Part shown: positions 29,330 through 37,010 of the stretch, in pieces
Layout of the letters: every line of letters begins with the position of its first letter
How positions within the stretch are numbered: the first letter of the stretch is position 1
Program-made: the position numbers and the translations under genes
The notes under the pieces: model-generated
What the model was told of the DNA's origin: nothing
What the model saw: only the letters and a program-made list of their open reading frames with translations
The model's database searches: none
From: an uncultured Candidatus Saccharibacteria bacterium
GTDB lineage: Bacteria; Patescibacteriota; Minisyncoccia; Phycocordibacterales; UBA2100
Assembly: GCA_964584225.1 (NCBI GenBank)
Contig: CAZOZG010000003.1
Location: 14,915 to 58,574 of the forward strand
Direction: 5' to 3'
Length of the DNA stretch: 43,660 nucleotides

Positions 29330-29356
29330 AACGACGCACGAAGTTTGTGCGTCGTT
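29330..29356. terminator. Hairpin between convergent genes
   Basis: AACGACGCACGA-AGT-TTGTGCGTCGTT. Confidence 0.55.
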
Positions 29357-29379
29357 GTTGGATCAGCAGTGCGGGCACG

Positions 29380-29628
29380 TCACGACTGTTGGTTGCTTGT
29401 ACGTGAGGATCGTACCAGCGAAACGATCAGTGCTACGACAAACCATGCCATCGCATACGCGGCCATCGCTGCCGCCGATACTGCAAGCGGAAGTCCGTCT
29501 GCTTGATTCGGCGCGTCGTGTTCATGCCAAATCCCAAGCCCGAGACCCAGGAGCCCTGCGAACAGTATTCCAAATAAGAGCGACCCGTATGCGAGCGCGC
29601 TTCCAGAGGGTAGTGCGGTGCCATACAT
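29380..29628 (-). CDS. Small 2-TM hypothetical protein
   Basis: Two hydrophobic segments; purine-rich leader. Confidence 0.5.
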   Translation of the reverse strand: MYGTALPSGSALAYGSLLFGILFAGLLGLGLGIWHEHDAPNQADGLPLAVSAAAMAAYAMAWFVVALIVSLVRSSRTSNQQS

Positions 29629-29693
29629 ATCTTCTTCCCCAATTTAGGTAGACCTGCCCTAGTTTGACCAATCATCCACAGAGAAGTCAAGCG

Positions 29694-30197
29694 CTACAGA
29701 TGATACATCGGATTAATGACGAGGTGATAGATGTTGGCGATCACAAAGCCAATTGCAAGGACCCACGCGCTTTCGAGCGGATAGCCGGCGATGGTACCGA
29801 GGAAGACTACGGCCGTGAAGGCGACGCCAGAGAGGTCGATAAGAATTTTGCGCCGCAACAGCGCATCGTGTGGGATTTTGCCGCGCATCATGGCGTATTT
29901 CGGTGTTGCAAAGATGAAGAGGATAAGCGCGACCAGGGAAAATTCAAACGCGCGGCCAATTGAAAATGCGAGCGCGACATACGCGGCAACGAGTAAAAAA
30001 TCGACAATGCGCTGATGCTGGTCATTCGGCTGGATCGTCGCGTACAGTTTGATCGAGAAGAATGTATTGAGGGTGAGCACAGCGTAAAAGATACTGTGCG
30101 GGAGTACATATTCGTTCGGAGGAGCAACAAATAAGAGCGCGGCGACGCCGGCTGCGATAAAGAAGAGCGTTGCGAGTGTTGCGCGGATGATATGCAT
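29694..30197 (-). CDS. Hypothetical multi-pass membrane protein
   Basis: About 6 hydrophobic segments; follows the GT2 gene. Confidence 0.7.
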   Translation of the reverse strand: MHIIRATLATLFFIAAGVAALLFVAPPNEYVLPHSIFYAVLTLNTFFSIKLYATIQPNDQHQRIVDFLLVAAYVALAFSIGRAFEFSLVALILFIFATPKYAMMRGKIPHDALLRRKILIDLSGVAFTAVVFLGTIAGYPLESAWVLAIGFVIANIYHLVINPMYHL

Positions 30198-30201
30198 ACG
30201 A

Positions 30202-30909
30202 TTACCGGACGTCTTTGTATTCGTGGGTAAACGGCCGGTGGAAGAGAACGGGCCAGAGGTAGTTGAGCATGTAGCGGAGATTCGTGCGGAAAATTCCTTC
30301 CCTCTCAAAGCGGCGTGCAGACGCGCGAGCGTAGAAATTCATCCGAAAGAGTGTCTTCCCTACCTTGCTCAGGCGGCGCGCAAGATCGGTGTCTTCGCCG
30401 TAAAATTTTATAGATTTGTCGAAGCCGCCGATTTTCTCGAGTGCGTCGCGCTTGACGACAAAATTGCCGCCCAAAATCATGTAGCCGACCAGCCAATACG
30501 TGACCGGCGCAAACGCCCACAGCGCATTTAAAATCCACAAACGCCAAAAGGAGCTACCGAAGTAGCGGCGCGGCCCGCTCAAAGACACGATGTCGGGCCG
30601 CGCCGCGAAATACATCTCGGCTTTTTCAATCCAATCGTTGGTAATCAACGTATCTGCATCGATGTACGCGAGGTAGTCACTGTGCGAACTTTCAAATCCG
30701 CGCTGCCGCGCGGCAGGCAATCCTTTCTCTGATTCAAAGACAATGCGCGCACCATGCGCGGTCGCGATTCCTGACGTCTTGTCTGTCGATGCGTTATCAA
30801 CCACAATAATCTCTTTGAATTTTCCTCGCGAACATTTCTGTGCGACATCGAGTGTCTCGGCAATCACCGATTCTTCATTGTGCGCACAAATGATGAGCGT
30901 GATATCCAT
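30202..30909 (-). CDS. Family 2 glycosyltransferase
   Basis: ITLIICAHNEE, VDNASTD, YIDAD, GGFD...YGEDTD, SARR. Confidence 0.93.
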   Translation of the reverse strand: MDITLIICAHNEESVIAETLDVAQKCSRGKFKEIIVVDNASTDKTSGIATAHGARIVFESEKGLPAARQRGFESSHSDYLAYIDADTLITNDWIEKAEMYFAARPDIVSLSGPRRYFGSSFWRLWILNALWAFAPVTYWLVGYMILGGNFVVKRDALEKIGGFDKSIKFYGEDTDLARRLSKVGKTLFRMNFYARASARRFEREGIFRTNLRYMLNYLWPVLFHRPFTHEYKDVR

Positions 30910-30911
30910 AG

Positions 30912-31253
30912 CTAGTGCATGTGCGCGTCGAGAAGCACGATCGAACGGCGTATTGCCACGAACGCATAACCCCACAAAATCGGAAGCCACAGCGGCATGA
31001 CGCCGAGGAGTGAATTGCGAGCAAACGTCTCGACACCGGTCGCGATGAAAATGTATTCGGAACAAAACAAAACGCAAAAACCGAAGAGGAAAAAAACGAA
31101 GTCGCGTTTGTTGAGGGCAATCGCAAACGCGGTCAAGATGATAAGTCCGTACAATATCGACAAGAGGTAGTCATTCTGCACCAGGGGGATCAGCCCGATC
31201 ATGACAACGACCGGCACGGCTTGGAGCAACAGACGCTGCGCCAGTATGTACAT
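30912..31253 (-). CDS. DUF2878-like membrane protein
   Basis: SEYIFIATG...MPLWLPILWG; TATACT 6 nt before ATG. Confidence 0.65.
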   Translation of the reverse strand: MYILAQRLLLQAVPVVVMIGLIPLVQNDYLLSILYGLIILTAFAIALNKRDFVFFLFGFCVLFCSEYIFIATGVETFARNSLLGVMPLWLPILWGYAFVAIRRSIVLLDAHMH

Positions 31254-31267
31254 ATCGTAAGTATATC

Positions 31268-31435
31268 GGGGCGATCACGTGTCGGGAATCCTGCTCCCCC
31301 GCTTCGCCGGGGCGAAGCTCCTCCGCAGCCGGCCACCCTCGCTTTATACCAATGGCGCTCGGGTTGGCTTCGATTCCCGCACGAACAATCAGTAAAGCTG
31401 AAAACTCCCGCACCAGGCGAGAGTTTTCAGCTTCA
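31268..31435 (-). repeat. Gene-3'-end-associated structured element, copy B (behind tRNA-His; divergent core)
   Basis: Hairpin 31395-31433, inverted T-arm copy 31369-31384, two hairpins, direct copy GATTCCCGAC..GATCGCCC at 31290-31268. Confidence 0.7.
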
Positions 31436-31437
31436 TG

Positions 31438-31510
31438 GGCGATCGTCGGGAATCGAACCCGAATTGAGAGCTCCACAAGCTCCAGTGTTGACCGTTACAC
31501 CACGATCGCC
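31438..31510 (-). tRNA. tRNA-His(GUG)
   Basis: G-1/C73, anticodon loop TTGTGGA, T-arm TCGGG-TTCGATT-CCCGA. Confidence 0.95.
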
Positions 31511-31556
31511 ATCACACACCCACTGTATAGCAAAATTTCGGCTCTAAAGCGAGACT

Positions 31557-32654
31557 TTAGCGCACATCCTGCTCGGTCGGAGTACTCGTCGCAACATCGA
31601 CGATAGAGAACGAAATGCGCCCAATAATCTGCCCATACGACGTGACGACATTCACGCGCCATGCGCCCGCTTCTGGATCTGGTCGCGCACTGTAGCCGCG
31701 GAAGCCGCCGTCCCGGCCGCCCTGGATCGGATACTGGACTGTCTGCAGCGTCACCCACGAGTTGCTCGTCTCATCAAAATGCTGCCATTCATGATAGACC
31801 GTGATCGCAAGGCTACTCGGCGCGAAGATCGCGCTCCACACGTACACTGTCTCACCCGGCGCGTGATGAAAAACAGTATTGTAGCGAAGAAACGATTCGT
31901 ACCATGGCACCGGCTCATATGAGACAAGGTAGCCATCAGCCGACCGTTGCACGCTGTGAAGTACGCCGGCGTCTTTGAGTGCAAGAGGAAGCGGCGGAAT
32001 CGCGCCGGTGAAATACAAAATGTTGAAAACAACATAAATGATCGCGATGGACCGTCCGAGTGCGAAAGCCTGCGTGCGTCGTTCGGGCAAATAGAAGAAG
32101 AGAACGCTCGCGAACACTGCGACAATGACGAGCGCGACTGCTCCGCTCAGAAGAAACATGGATGGACCGATCTGCCCAAACACGACCGGAAAAAAGAAAA
32201 TGAGAAACGAAAAGAGTACTGTAAAGTAAATCGACATCTGGAATGAGAAGCGCCGATAGAAATGCACAAATCGCTCATTGCCGATCAAAAGCAGACCGAC
32301 GGCGACGACAAAAATCCAACTCCACGAATACGCCGCGCTGCGGCTATAGAGTGAAACAAACGCGCTGAAAAGGCCGCCAAAAGCGAACTGCGCCACGACG
32401 GGAACCAGCGGCAACATATTGAGGAACAATTGTTGTCGCAATCGGCCAAGCTCGATGCAATTCAAAAGTATGATGCACGTAGCTGCAGCAACGAGGTAAA
32501 AGAAAAGCAGGGCATTCGACGTCCACAGATCAACGCGGCGCAGAAGAATCAAGTTGTCTGAAATAACGCCCGCGATAAGGCCGATCGGTGAGACGTAGCG
32601 GATGTACCAATCGGCGAGCTCTTCGATGCTCTTAGGGATACGAAATGGTTTCAT
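31557..32654 (-). CDS. Membrane protein with a C-terminal DUF2914-like domain
   Basis: QFAFGGLFSA; C-terminal SAIFAP..L...VYHEW, GGRDGGFRGYS, GAWRVNV. Confidence 0.75.
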   Translation of the reverse strand: MKPFRIPKSIEELADWYIRYVSPIGLIAGVISDNLILLRRVDLWTSNALLFFYLVAAATCIILLNCIELGRLRQQLFLNMLPLVPVVAQFAFGGLFSAFVSLYSRSAAYSWSWIFVVAVGLLLIGNERFVHFYRRFSFQMSIYFTVLFSFLIFFFPVVFGQIGPSMFLLSGAVALVIVAVFASVLFFYLPERRTQAFALGRSIAIIYVVFNILYFTGAIPPLPLALKDAGVLHSVQRSADGYLVSYEPVPWYESFLRYNTVFHHAPGETVYVWSAIFAPSSLAITVYHEWQHFDETSNSWVTLQTVQYPIQGGRDGGFRGYSARPDPEAGAWRVNVVTSYGQIIGRISFSIVDVATSTPTEQDVR

Positions 32655-33211
32655 GCTTTGTACTCAGGCGGTGTCTCGACAATGCCGGCGCGGTGGTTCG
32701 CCAGACGACCGAGCGCATAGAAGAGCGACGAGAGTCTATTCGCGTATGCGCGGCTCGACTCGCTCACCGCGCGTTCGCCACTTTCGTGCAAAGTGACGAG
32801 GCGTCGCTCAGCGCGTCGCGAAATCGCCCGCGCAATGTCGAGTCGCGCAGAAAATTCAGTGCCGCCCGGCACAAGAAACGTCTTTATCTCCGGCAACTCT
32901 TTCTCGATTCCGTTGATGAACGCACTCATCTGCTCGACACTGTCTGGCGGTACGCTTTTCTTTGCGCCGGCAACTTCAGCCTGGATCGTAAATAAATAAT
33001 TTTGTACATCTCTCAAGACGTCTGCACCTGCCTTTCCTTGTACAGAAAAATCATCGGGCGCTGCGACCTTGCACCAGCCGACAACAGTATTGAGCTCGTC
33101 GAGCTGACCAAGACATTCAAAAATTGGCGAGGATTTTGAGACCCGTTGCCCCTGCGCAGAGTCGAAGAGTTTTGTCGTACCGCCATCGCCTTTTCCTGTA
33201 AACAGAGCCAT
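32651..33211 (-). CDS. ATP:cob(I)alamin adenosyltransferase, PduO type
   Basis: LFTGKGDGGTTKL, GQLDELN, FLVPGG, RAISRRAERR, NRLSS. Confidence 0.92.
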   Translation of the reverse strand: MALFTGKGDGGTTKLFDSAQGQRVSKSSPIFECLGQLDELNTVVGWCKVAAPDDFSVQGKAGADVLRDVQNYLFTIQAEVAGAKKSVPPDSVEQMSAFINGIEKELPEIKTFLVPGGTEFSARLDIARAISRRAERRLVTLHESGERAVSESSRAYANRLSSLFYALGRLANHRAGIVETPPEYKA

Positions 33212-33255
33212 GCGTTCATCATATCAAAGTAAAGACCCCGCGAGCTTCTGATGTC

Positions 33256-33483
33256 TCATCGGGGCCATTCTCCTGCACGCTGCACTTGGACTTGTGGAGA
33301 AGAAAGATCAACGTGCAACGTATTCGTAAGCGATCGGTAATCGAGGTACGCGCCCGTAACGAATGCGAGAACGAGCAACGCTCTCAGCAAAGATGCCGAG
33401 ATTCGTCGAACAGGTTTGAAGTAGATTTCAAACGCGAACCACAATGCGACCGCGAAAATGAGACAAAGCAGTGTTGCTGCCAT
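33256..33483 (-). CDS. Small 2-TM hypothetical protein
   Basis: Two hydrophobic segments; TTGACA...TATATA promoter-like sequence upstream. Confidence 0.5.
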   Translation of the reverse strand: MAATLLCLIFAVALWFAFEIYFKPVRRISASLLRALLVLAFVTGAYLDYRSLTNTLHVDLSSPQVQVQRAGEWPR

Positions 33484-33573
33484 CACGTCACCATTTCATT
33501 GTTACAACTCTTTTTTATATACACGATGGATCCTGAGGTGTCAATGAATTTTTGAGAAAATCGCGCAAAAGAA

Positions 33574-33609
33574 AACTCCGTCCGAGCCGAAAGTGGCTTG
33601 GACGGAGTT
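33574..33609 (-). terminator. Rho-independent terminator
   Basis: AACTCCGTCCGAGCC/GGCTTGGACGGAGTT stem with TTCTTTT tail on the minus strand. Confidence 0.65.
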
Positions 33610-33638
33610 CGAACCCTCTTGCGAGCACAGTTAATCGA

Positions 33639-34157
33639 CTACGCCGCGTCTCGAAGATCAGTCGTGTCCGTCACACGTTCGACGGCAAGCGAGTAATACG
33701 GCGTACACGTACGCCTAGCCTCCTCGAACGGCCCACCAGTCAAAAGAATGAACAAGTGGAAAAACGGCGTCGGCCGCGGAAGTTTCCGGTATGCCTTCCA
33801 ACAAAAACCGTCCTTATCAGGCGATATGAATTCGATTTCGAACTCGTTGCCCTGCGTTTCGCCGACCATATGTCTGTGGCTAAACTCGACCGGGCGGACC
33901 CAGGTGTTAGCCAGAGGATGTACGAGACAAGACCGTTCCCCTTCGAGAGTCAGGAGAAGATCGGTACCAGGCAACGTTGCCGAAATCGAGATCCCCAACC
34001 GATCGCACATCGCCGGCGCGAGGATCATCGTTGAACGCCTTAGGCTCGGATCGTGCATTCCCGGTTCGGTCAATGTGAGGGTAATCAGACCCCGCGCTCC
34101 GTCTGTGAAGACGTCGGAGAGAGCCACTTTCTCGATTCGTAACCGCTTCTTAATCAT
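33639..34157 (-). CDS. Hypothetical protein downstream of tRNA-Leu
   Basis: GGAGG SD before ATG 34157; terminator follows. Confidence 0.55.
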   Translation of the reverse strand: MIKKRLRIEKVALSDVFTDGARGLITLTLTEPGMHDPSLRRSTMILAPAMCDRLGISISATLPGTDLLLTLEGERSCLVHPLANTWVRPVEFSHRHMVGETQGNEFEIEFISPDKDGFCWKAYRKLPRPTPFFHLFILLTGGPFEEARRTCTPYYSLAVERVTDTTDLRDAA

Positions 34158-34302
34158 CGTATACCTCCATTTAGAGTGAGCCAGAACATTTCGTCTGGAT
34201 AGATGCGTCAGAAACCTTTTCTCCTCAGCAATGTATAGCAAAAATAATCAAAACGCGCAGCAATCGACTAGACGGGGTTTGATACTATCAAAATGCACCT
34301 TG

Positions 34303-34386
34303 TGCGCAGGGGGAGACTCGAACTCCCATGCCCGTGAGGGCGCTACCACCTCAAGGTAGTACGTCTACCAATTTCGCCACCTGCGC
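34303..34386 (-). tRNA. tRNA-Leu(GAG)
   Basis: Anticodon arm CTACC-TTGAGGT-GGTAG, long variable arm, TTCGAG T-loop. Confidence 0.95.
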
Positions 34387-34398
34387 GTCGCTTCTATA

Positions 34399-34854
34399 TT
34401 ACTCAGTTTTCGCAGAAGCTCCAGCCTCTACTGTTTCGTTCTCTTTGACCGGCGTCTCAGCTGCAGCTTCGAGCTTCCCTTCCGTGGTGACGCTGCCGCC
34501 CATAATGCGTGTGCGGCGCAACTGTCGGCGCGCTTCGCGCGCCACTTTCTCGCGAATGTAGTAGAGCTTCGCACGGCGGACGCGGCTGCGCTTCAAGATT
34601 TCGATTTTGTCTATCATCGGGGAGTAGATCGGAAATACTTTCTCGACACCGACGCCTTGGAGGACATGACGAACGGTGAACGTACCACCAGCTTCTGTGC
34701 CATGCTTCCTGGCAAGAATGAGGCCCTCGAACGCCTGCAGGCGGAATTTACCTTTCTCTTCCTCAATCTTCTGCCACACACGCACCGTGTCGCCCGGCCG
34801 AAGATCGAGATTTTTGCGTGCCGCCATGTCTACTGGCGAAGTTTTTACTGTCAT
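34399..34854 (-). CDS. rplS: 50S ribosomal protein bL19
   Basis: PGDTVRV, RLQAFEG, FTVR, GVGVEK.FP, VRRAKLYYIR. Confidence 0.97.
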   Translation of the reverse strand: MTVKTSPVDMAARKNLDLRPGDTVRVWQKIEEEKGKFRLQAFEGLILARKHGTEAGGTFTVRHVLQGVGVEKVFPIYSPMIDKIEILKRSRVRRAKLYYIREKVAREARRQLRRTRIMGGSVTTEGKLEAAAETPVKENETVEAGASAKTE

Positions 34855-34881
34855 AGTCGGCGCACTATAGCATTCGTTTGG

Positions 34882-35163
34882 TTAGAAGACAATATCGAAT
34901 GATTCAAACGCCGAGCTCGGCTCACGCCACTCGACGGCTGCGTCGGAAACACGTGCGAGAAATGGACCTTTGCGAATATACTCGAGCAACTTCTGCAGCT
35001 TGTCTTCATAGCCCTGCGCGATGATTTCAACGGTGAAATTTGGCAGATTGCGGACACTACCGACGATAGCTAGGTGCCGCGCATGTCGCGCGACGTAGTC
35101 GCGGTACATCACACCCTGCACTTTACCCTTCACGATGCAGCGGATTTCGGCAATGTCATTCAT
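34882..35163 (-). CDS. acyP: Acylphosphatase
   Basis: VKGKVQGVMYR, GSVRNL, GP.LARV. Confidence 0.93.
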   Translation of the reverse strand: MNDIAEIRCIVKGKVQGVMYRDYVARHARHLAIVGSVRNLPNFTVEIIAQGYEDKLQKLLEYIRKGPFLARVSDAAVEWREPSSAFESFDIVF

Positions 35164-35187
35164 GAGCGACATTATACGTAAATGTTT

Positions 35188-35324
35188 CTTGTGGTCACGG
35201 ATAATTTTCTTGCCGTCGCAAGAAAATTTCCTCGACCCCGCCGACCGTTTCGCCTACCGGCGAAACATGTCTCCGGCCCGCACAAGTGCACGAAAAAGCA
35301 AAGCAGTTTGCTTTTTCAGCCTTG
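35188..35324 (-). repeat. Gene-3'-end-associated structured element, copy C (behind tRNA-Val)
   Basis: CTTGTGCG inverted copy, GGCCGGAG-hairpin-GGCGGGGTCG-hairpin-CGTGACCACAAG. Confidence 0.8.
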
Positions 35325-35396
35325 TGCGCGGTGAGGGATTTGAACCCCCGACCCTCCCCGTGTAAAGGGGTTGCTCTACCACTGAGCTAACCGCGC
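35325..35396 (-). tRNA. tRNA-Val(UAC)
   Basis: Anticodon loop TTTACAC; GGGGG-TTCAAAT-CCCTC T-arm. Confidence 0.95.
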
Positions 35397-35430
35397 AAGC
35401 TACCTCAACATATCACAATCGAAGTATTCA

Positions 35431-35522
35431 TGTGGTCACGCATAAATCGCTGCTGCGATTTTGCGCGACCCCGCCTCGCGCCGTCGCGCTCCGGCCGGCA
35501 CAAACTGCGCTTCGCTCGTTTG
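35431..35522 (-). repeat. Gene-3'-end-associated structured element, copy D (behind tRNA-Arg)
   Basis: GTTTGTGCC inverted copy, GGCCGGAG-hairpin-GAGGCGGGGTCG-hairpin-CGTGACCACA. Confidence 0.8.
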
Positions 35523-35594
35523 TGCCCCCGCGAGGAATCGAACCTCGATTGACGGCTTAGAAGTCCGCAGTTCTATCCATTGAACTACAGGGGC
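35523..35594 (-). tRNA. tRNA-Arg(UCU)
   Basis: Anticodon loop CTTCTAA; CGAGG-TTCGATT-CCTCG T-arm. Confidence 0.93.
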
Positions 35595-35631
35595 ACCTAA
35601 ATCGTAGCTCGTGAGTGCCAGCGCGGTCAAA

Positions 35632-35952
35632 CTAGTGCGGGTCGGAAATCTGATAGCCGCTTTGTTGGAGCGATTCGTACTCTCCTTTTCGTGCTGCAAA
35701 GGCATCTAGTACTGCGTGGAGTTGCTTTGGATCCAAAGGATCACGCGTTTTTATCTGTACAGAGCTGCTACTTGGCGCAAGAGCCGATTGAAGCTGGATG
35801 AGCGCGAATACAATCCCGCATACAGCAATACAGGCGACGACCAACAATATCCCGCGCCATGCGATATCGGCGAGATGGCGCATCGCCTCAGGATCATCAC
35901 GATACTCGTAGAGCGTAGGGAGGCGTTTCAAGAAAGCGAATTGTAATTTCAT
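35632..35952 (-). CDS. Single-TM protein ending the pilMNO-like operon
   Basis: ATG overlaps the upstream stop; one TM. Confidence 0.65.
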   Translation of the reverse strand: MKLQFAFLKRLPTLYEYRDDPEAMRHLADIAWRGILLVVACIAVCGIVFALIQLQSALAPSSSSVQIKTRDPLDPKQLHAVLDAFAARKGEYESLQQSGYQISDPH

Positions 35953-36482
35953 ATACTTGCTGTGGTGTACACATGCGCGCGCATACTCATGTGCCACGGA
36001 AAAGCGACTGTATTGTCGTTACGCGCAAGATGCAGTTGCTCAAGTTGCGCTGGGATCGGCATCGTCTCAAAGAGTGCGACCGCTTTCATGAGAGCGCCGA
36101 AACTGCCGTTTCCTTCGATATCAAATGCGAGCGCGTGGAGACCGCTTCCGGCCACGCTCTCGAGTGACGCGTCGTCGGGTGTCGCCTGCCCGATCGTGAG
36201 TTTCACTCCCGCCTCTCCACCGAGCGCATCAATCGTATCGACAATAGAGATAATGTCGGTGTGAGCGAGTACATCAAGTGCAGCGCGATCATCTGCGCTG
36301 TCACGTGCGATTGACTGCAAACGCTGTGCGTCTGCAGTTTTCGTTGACGCAGATTGTGCGGCGCTGATCTGAGCCGCCCGCGCAGCTTCATCCGCCCAGA
36401 GTGTCCATACGAGGAGACCCACGAGTATCCACGCTACGCATGCAGCTCCTAGATATACCGATGCTTGTTGCCAGTGCTGCAT
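35949..36482 (-). CDS. PilO-like type IV pilus assembly protein
   Basis: TM, coiled coil, then FDIEGNGSFGALMKAVALFETMP; synteny. Confidence 0.7.
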   Translation of the reverse strand: MQHWQQASVYLGAACVAWILVGLLVWTLWADEAARAAQISAAQSASTKTADAQRLQSIARDSADDRAALDVLAHTDIISIVDTIDALGGEAGVKLTIGQATPDDASLESVAGSGLHALAFDIEGNGSFGALMKAVALFETMPIPAQLEQLHLARNDNTVAFPWHMSMRAHVYTTASI

Positions 36483-36483
36483 A

Positions 36484-37008
36484 TCAAAAGATACCGTTCA
36501 GCGTGACGCTAAATGAGCCATCGCCCGAGCCGACAAGCGCCCCGACGGGTACGACGACATTAGTGAATGTCGGATCTTTTCCGAGCGCGAGGCGAAATGT
36601 ATTGATCGCATCGCGGCTGCCGCCGATGCCGTTGAGAACAATGCTCCCTGGAGCGCTCTTTTGTCCTCGCACATAATCAATCGAATCAATCGACATACCC
36701 GATGGACGCAGGGCGAAAATGCGCTGAAGAAGCTGGGGCGTCGAAGTCGCGGCTGCGAGAGCAGCGAATTGAATTGTGAGTATCTCAGAGCGTGCGAGGT
36801 CAGAGCGAAGCGCTGCGCCTGCAGTTGAAGTCGCTTGGGTCGAAAAGGCGGATGACATTTGCATGCGTACAATAAGGTACGAGGGAACGAGCGCGAGCAT
36901 AGTCGCGAGTGCGGCGGCTATGAGGCCGAGTGCGGCGATGCGTATGAGCCGGGCGTTGAATTCCTGAGCGCGAATCTTTTTTAATTGTGGAGGTAGTACG
37001 TTGGCCAT
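36484..37008 (-). CDS. PilN-like type IV pilus assembly protein
   Basis: N-terminal NVLP motif, TM, IVLNGIG.SR..I..F...L...FTNV. Confidence 0.75.
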   Translation of the reverse strand: MANVLPPQLKKIRAQEFNARLIRIAALGLIAAALATMLALVPSYLIVRMQMSSAFSTQATSTAGAALRSDLARSEILTIQFAALAAATSTPQLLQRIFALRPSGMSIDSIDYVRGQKSAPGSIVLNGIGGSRDAINTFRLALGKDPTFTNVVVPVGALVGSGDGSFSVTLNGIF

Positions 37009-37010
37009 GG

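Noticed and set aside
35188-35522. HDV-like (theta) ribozymes behind tRNAs, suggested by the GGCCGG start and the location
   Set aside because: No downstream strand complementary to GGCCGG and no nested double pseudoknot could be drawn by eye; only serial hairpins. A self-cleavage assay would still be the final test.
6059-35522. CRISPR array or integron attC array as the explanation of the repeats
   Set aside because: Copies are dispersed with no regular spacing, no RYYYAAC/GTTRRRY ends, and no cas or intI gene in the window.
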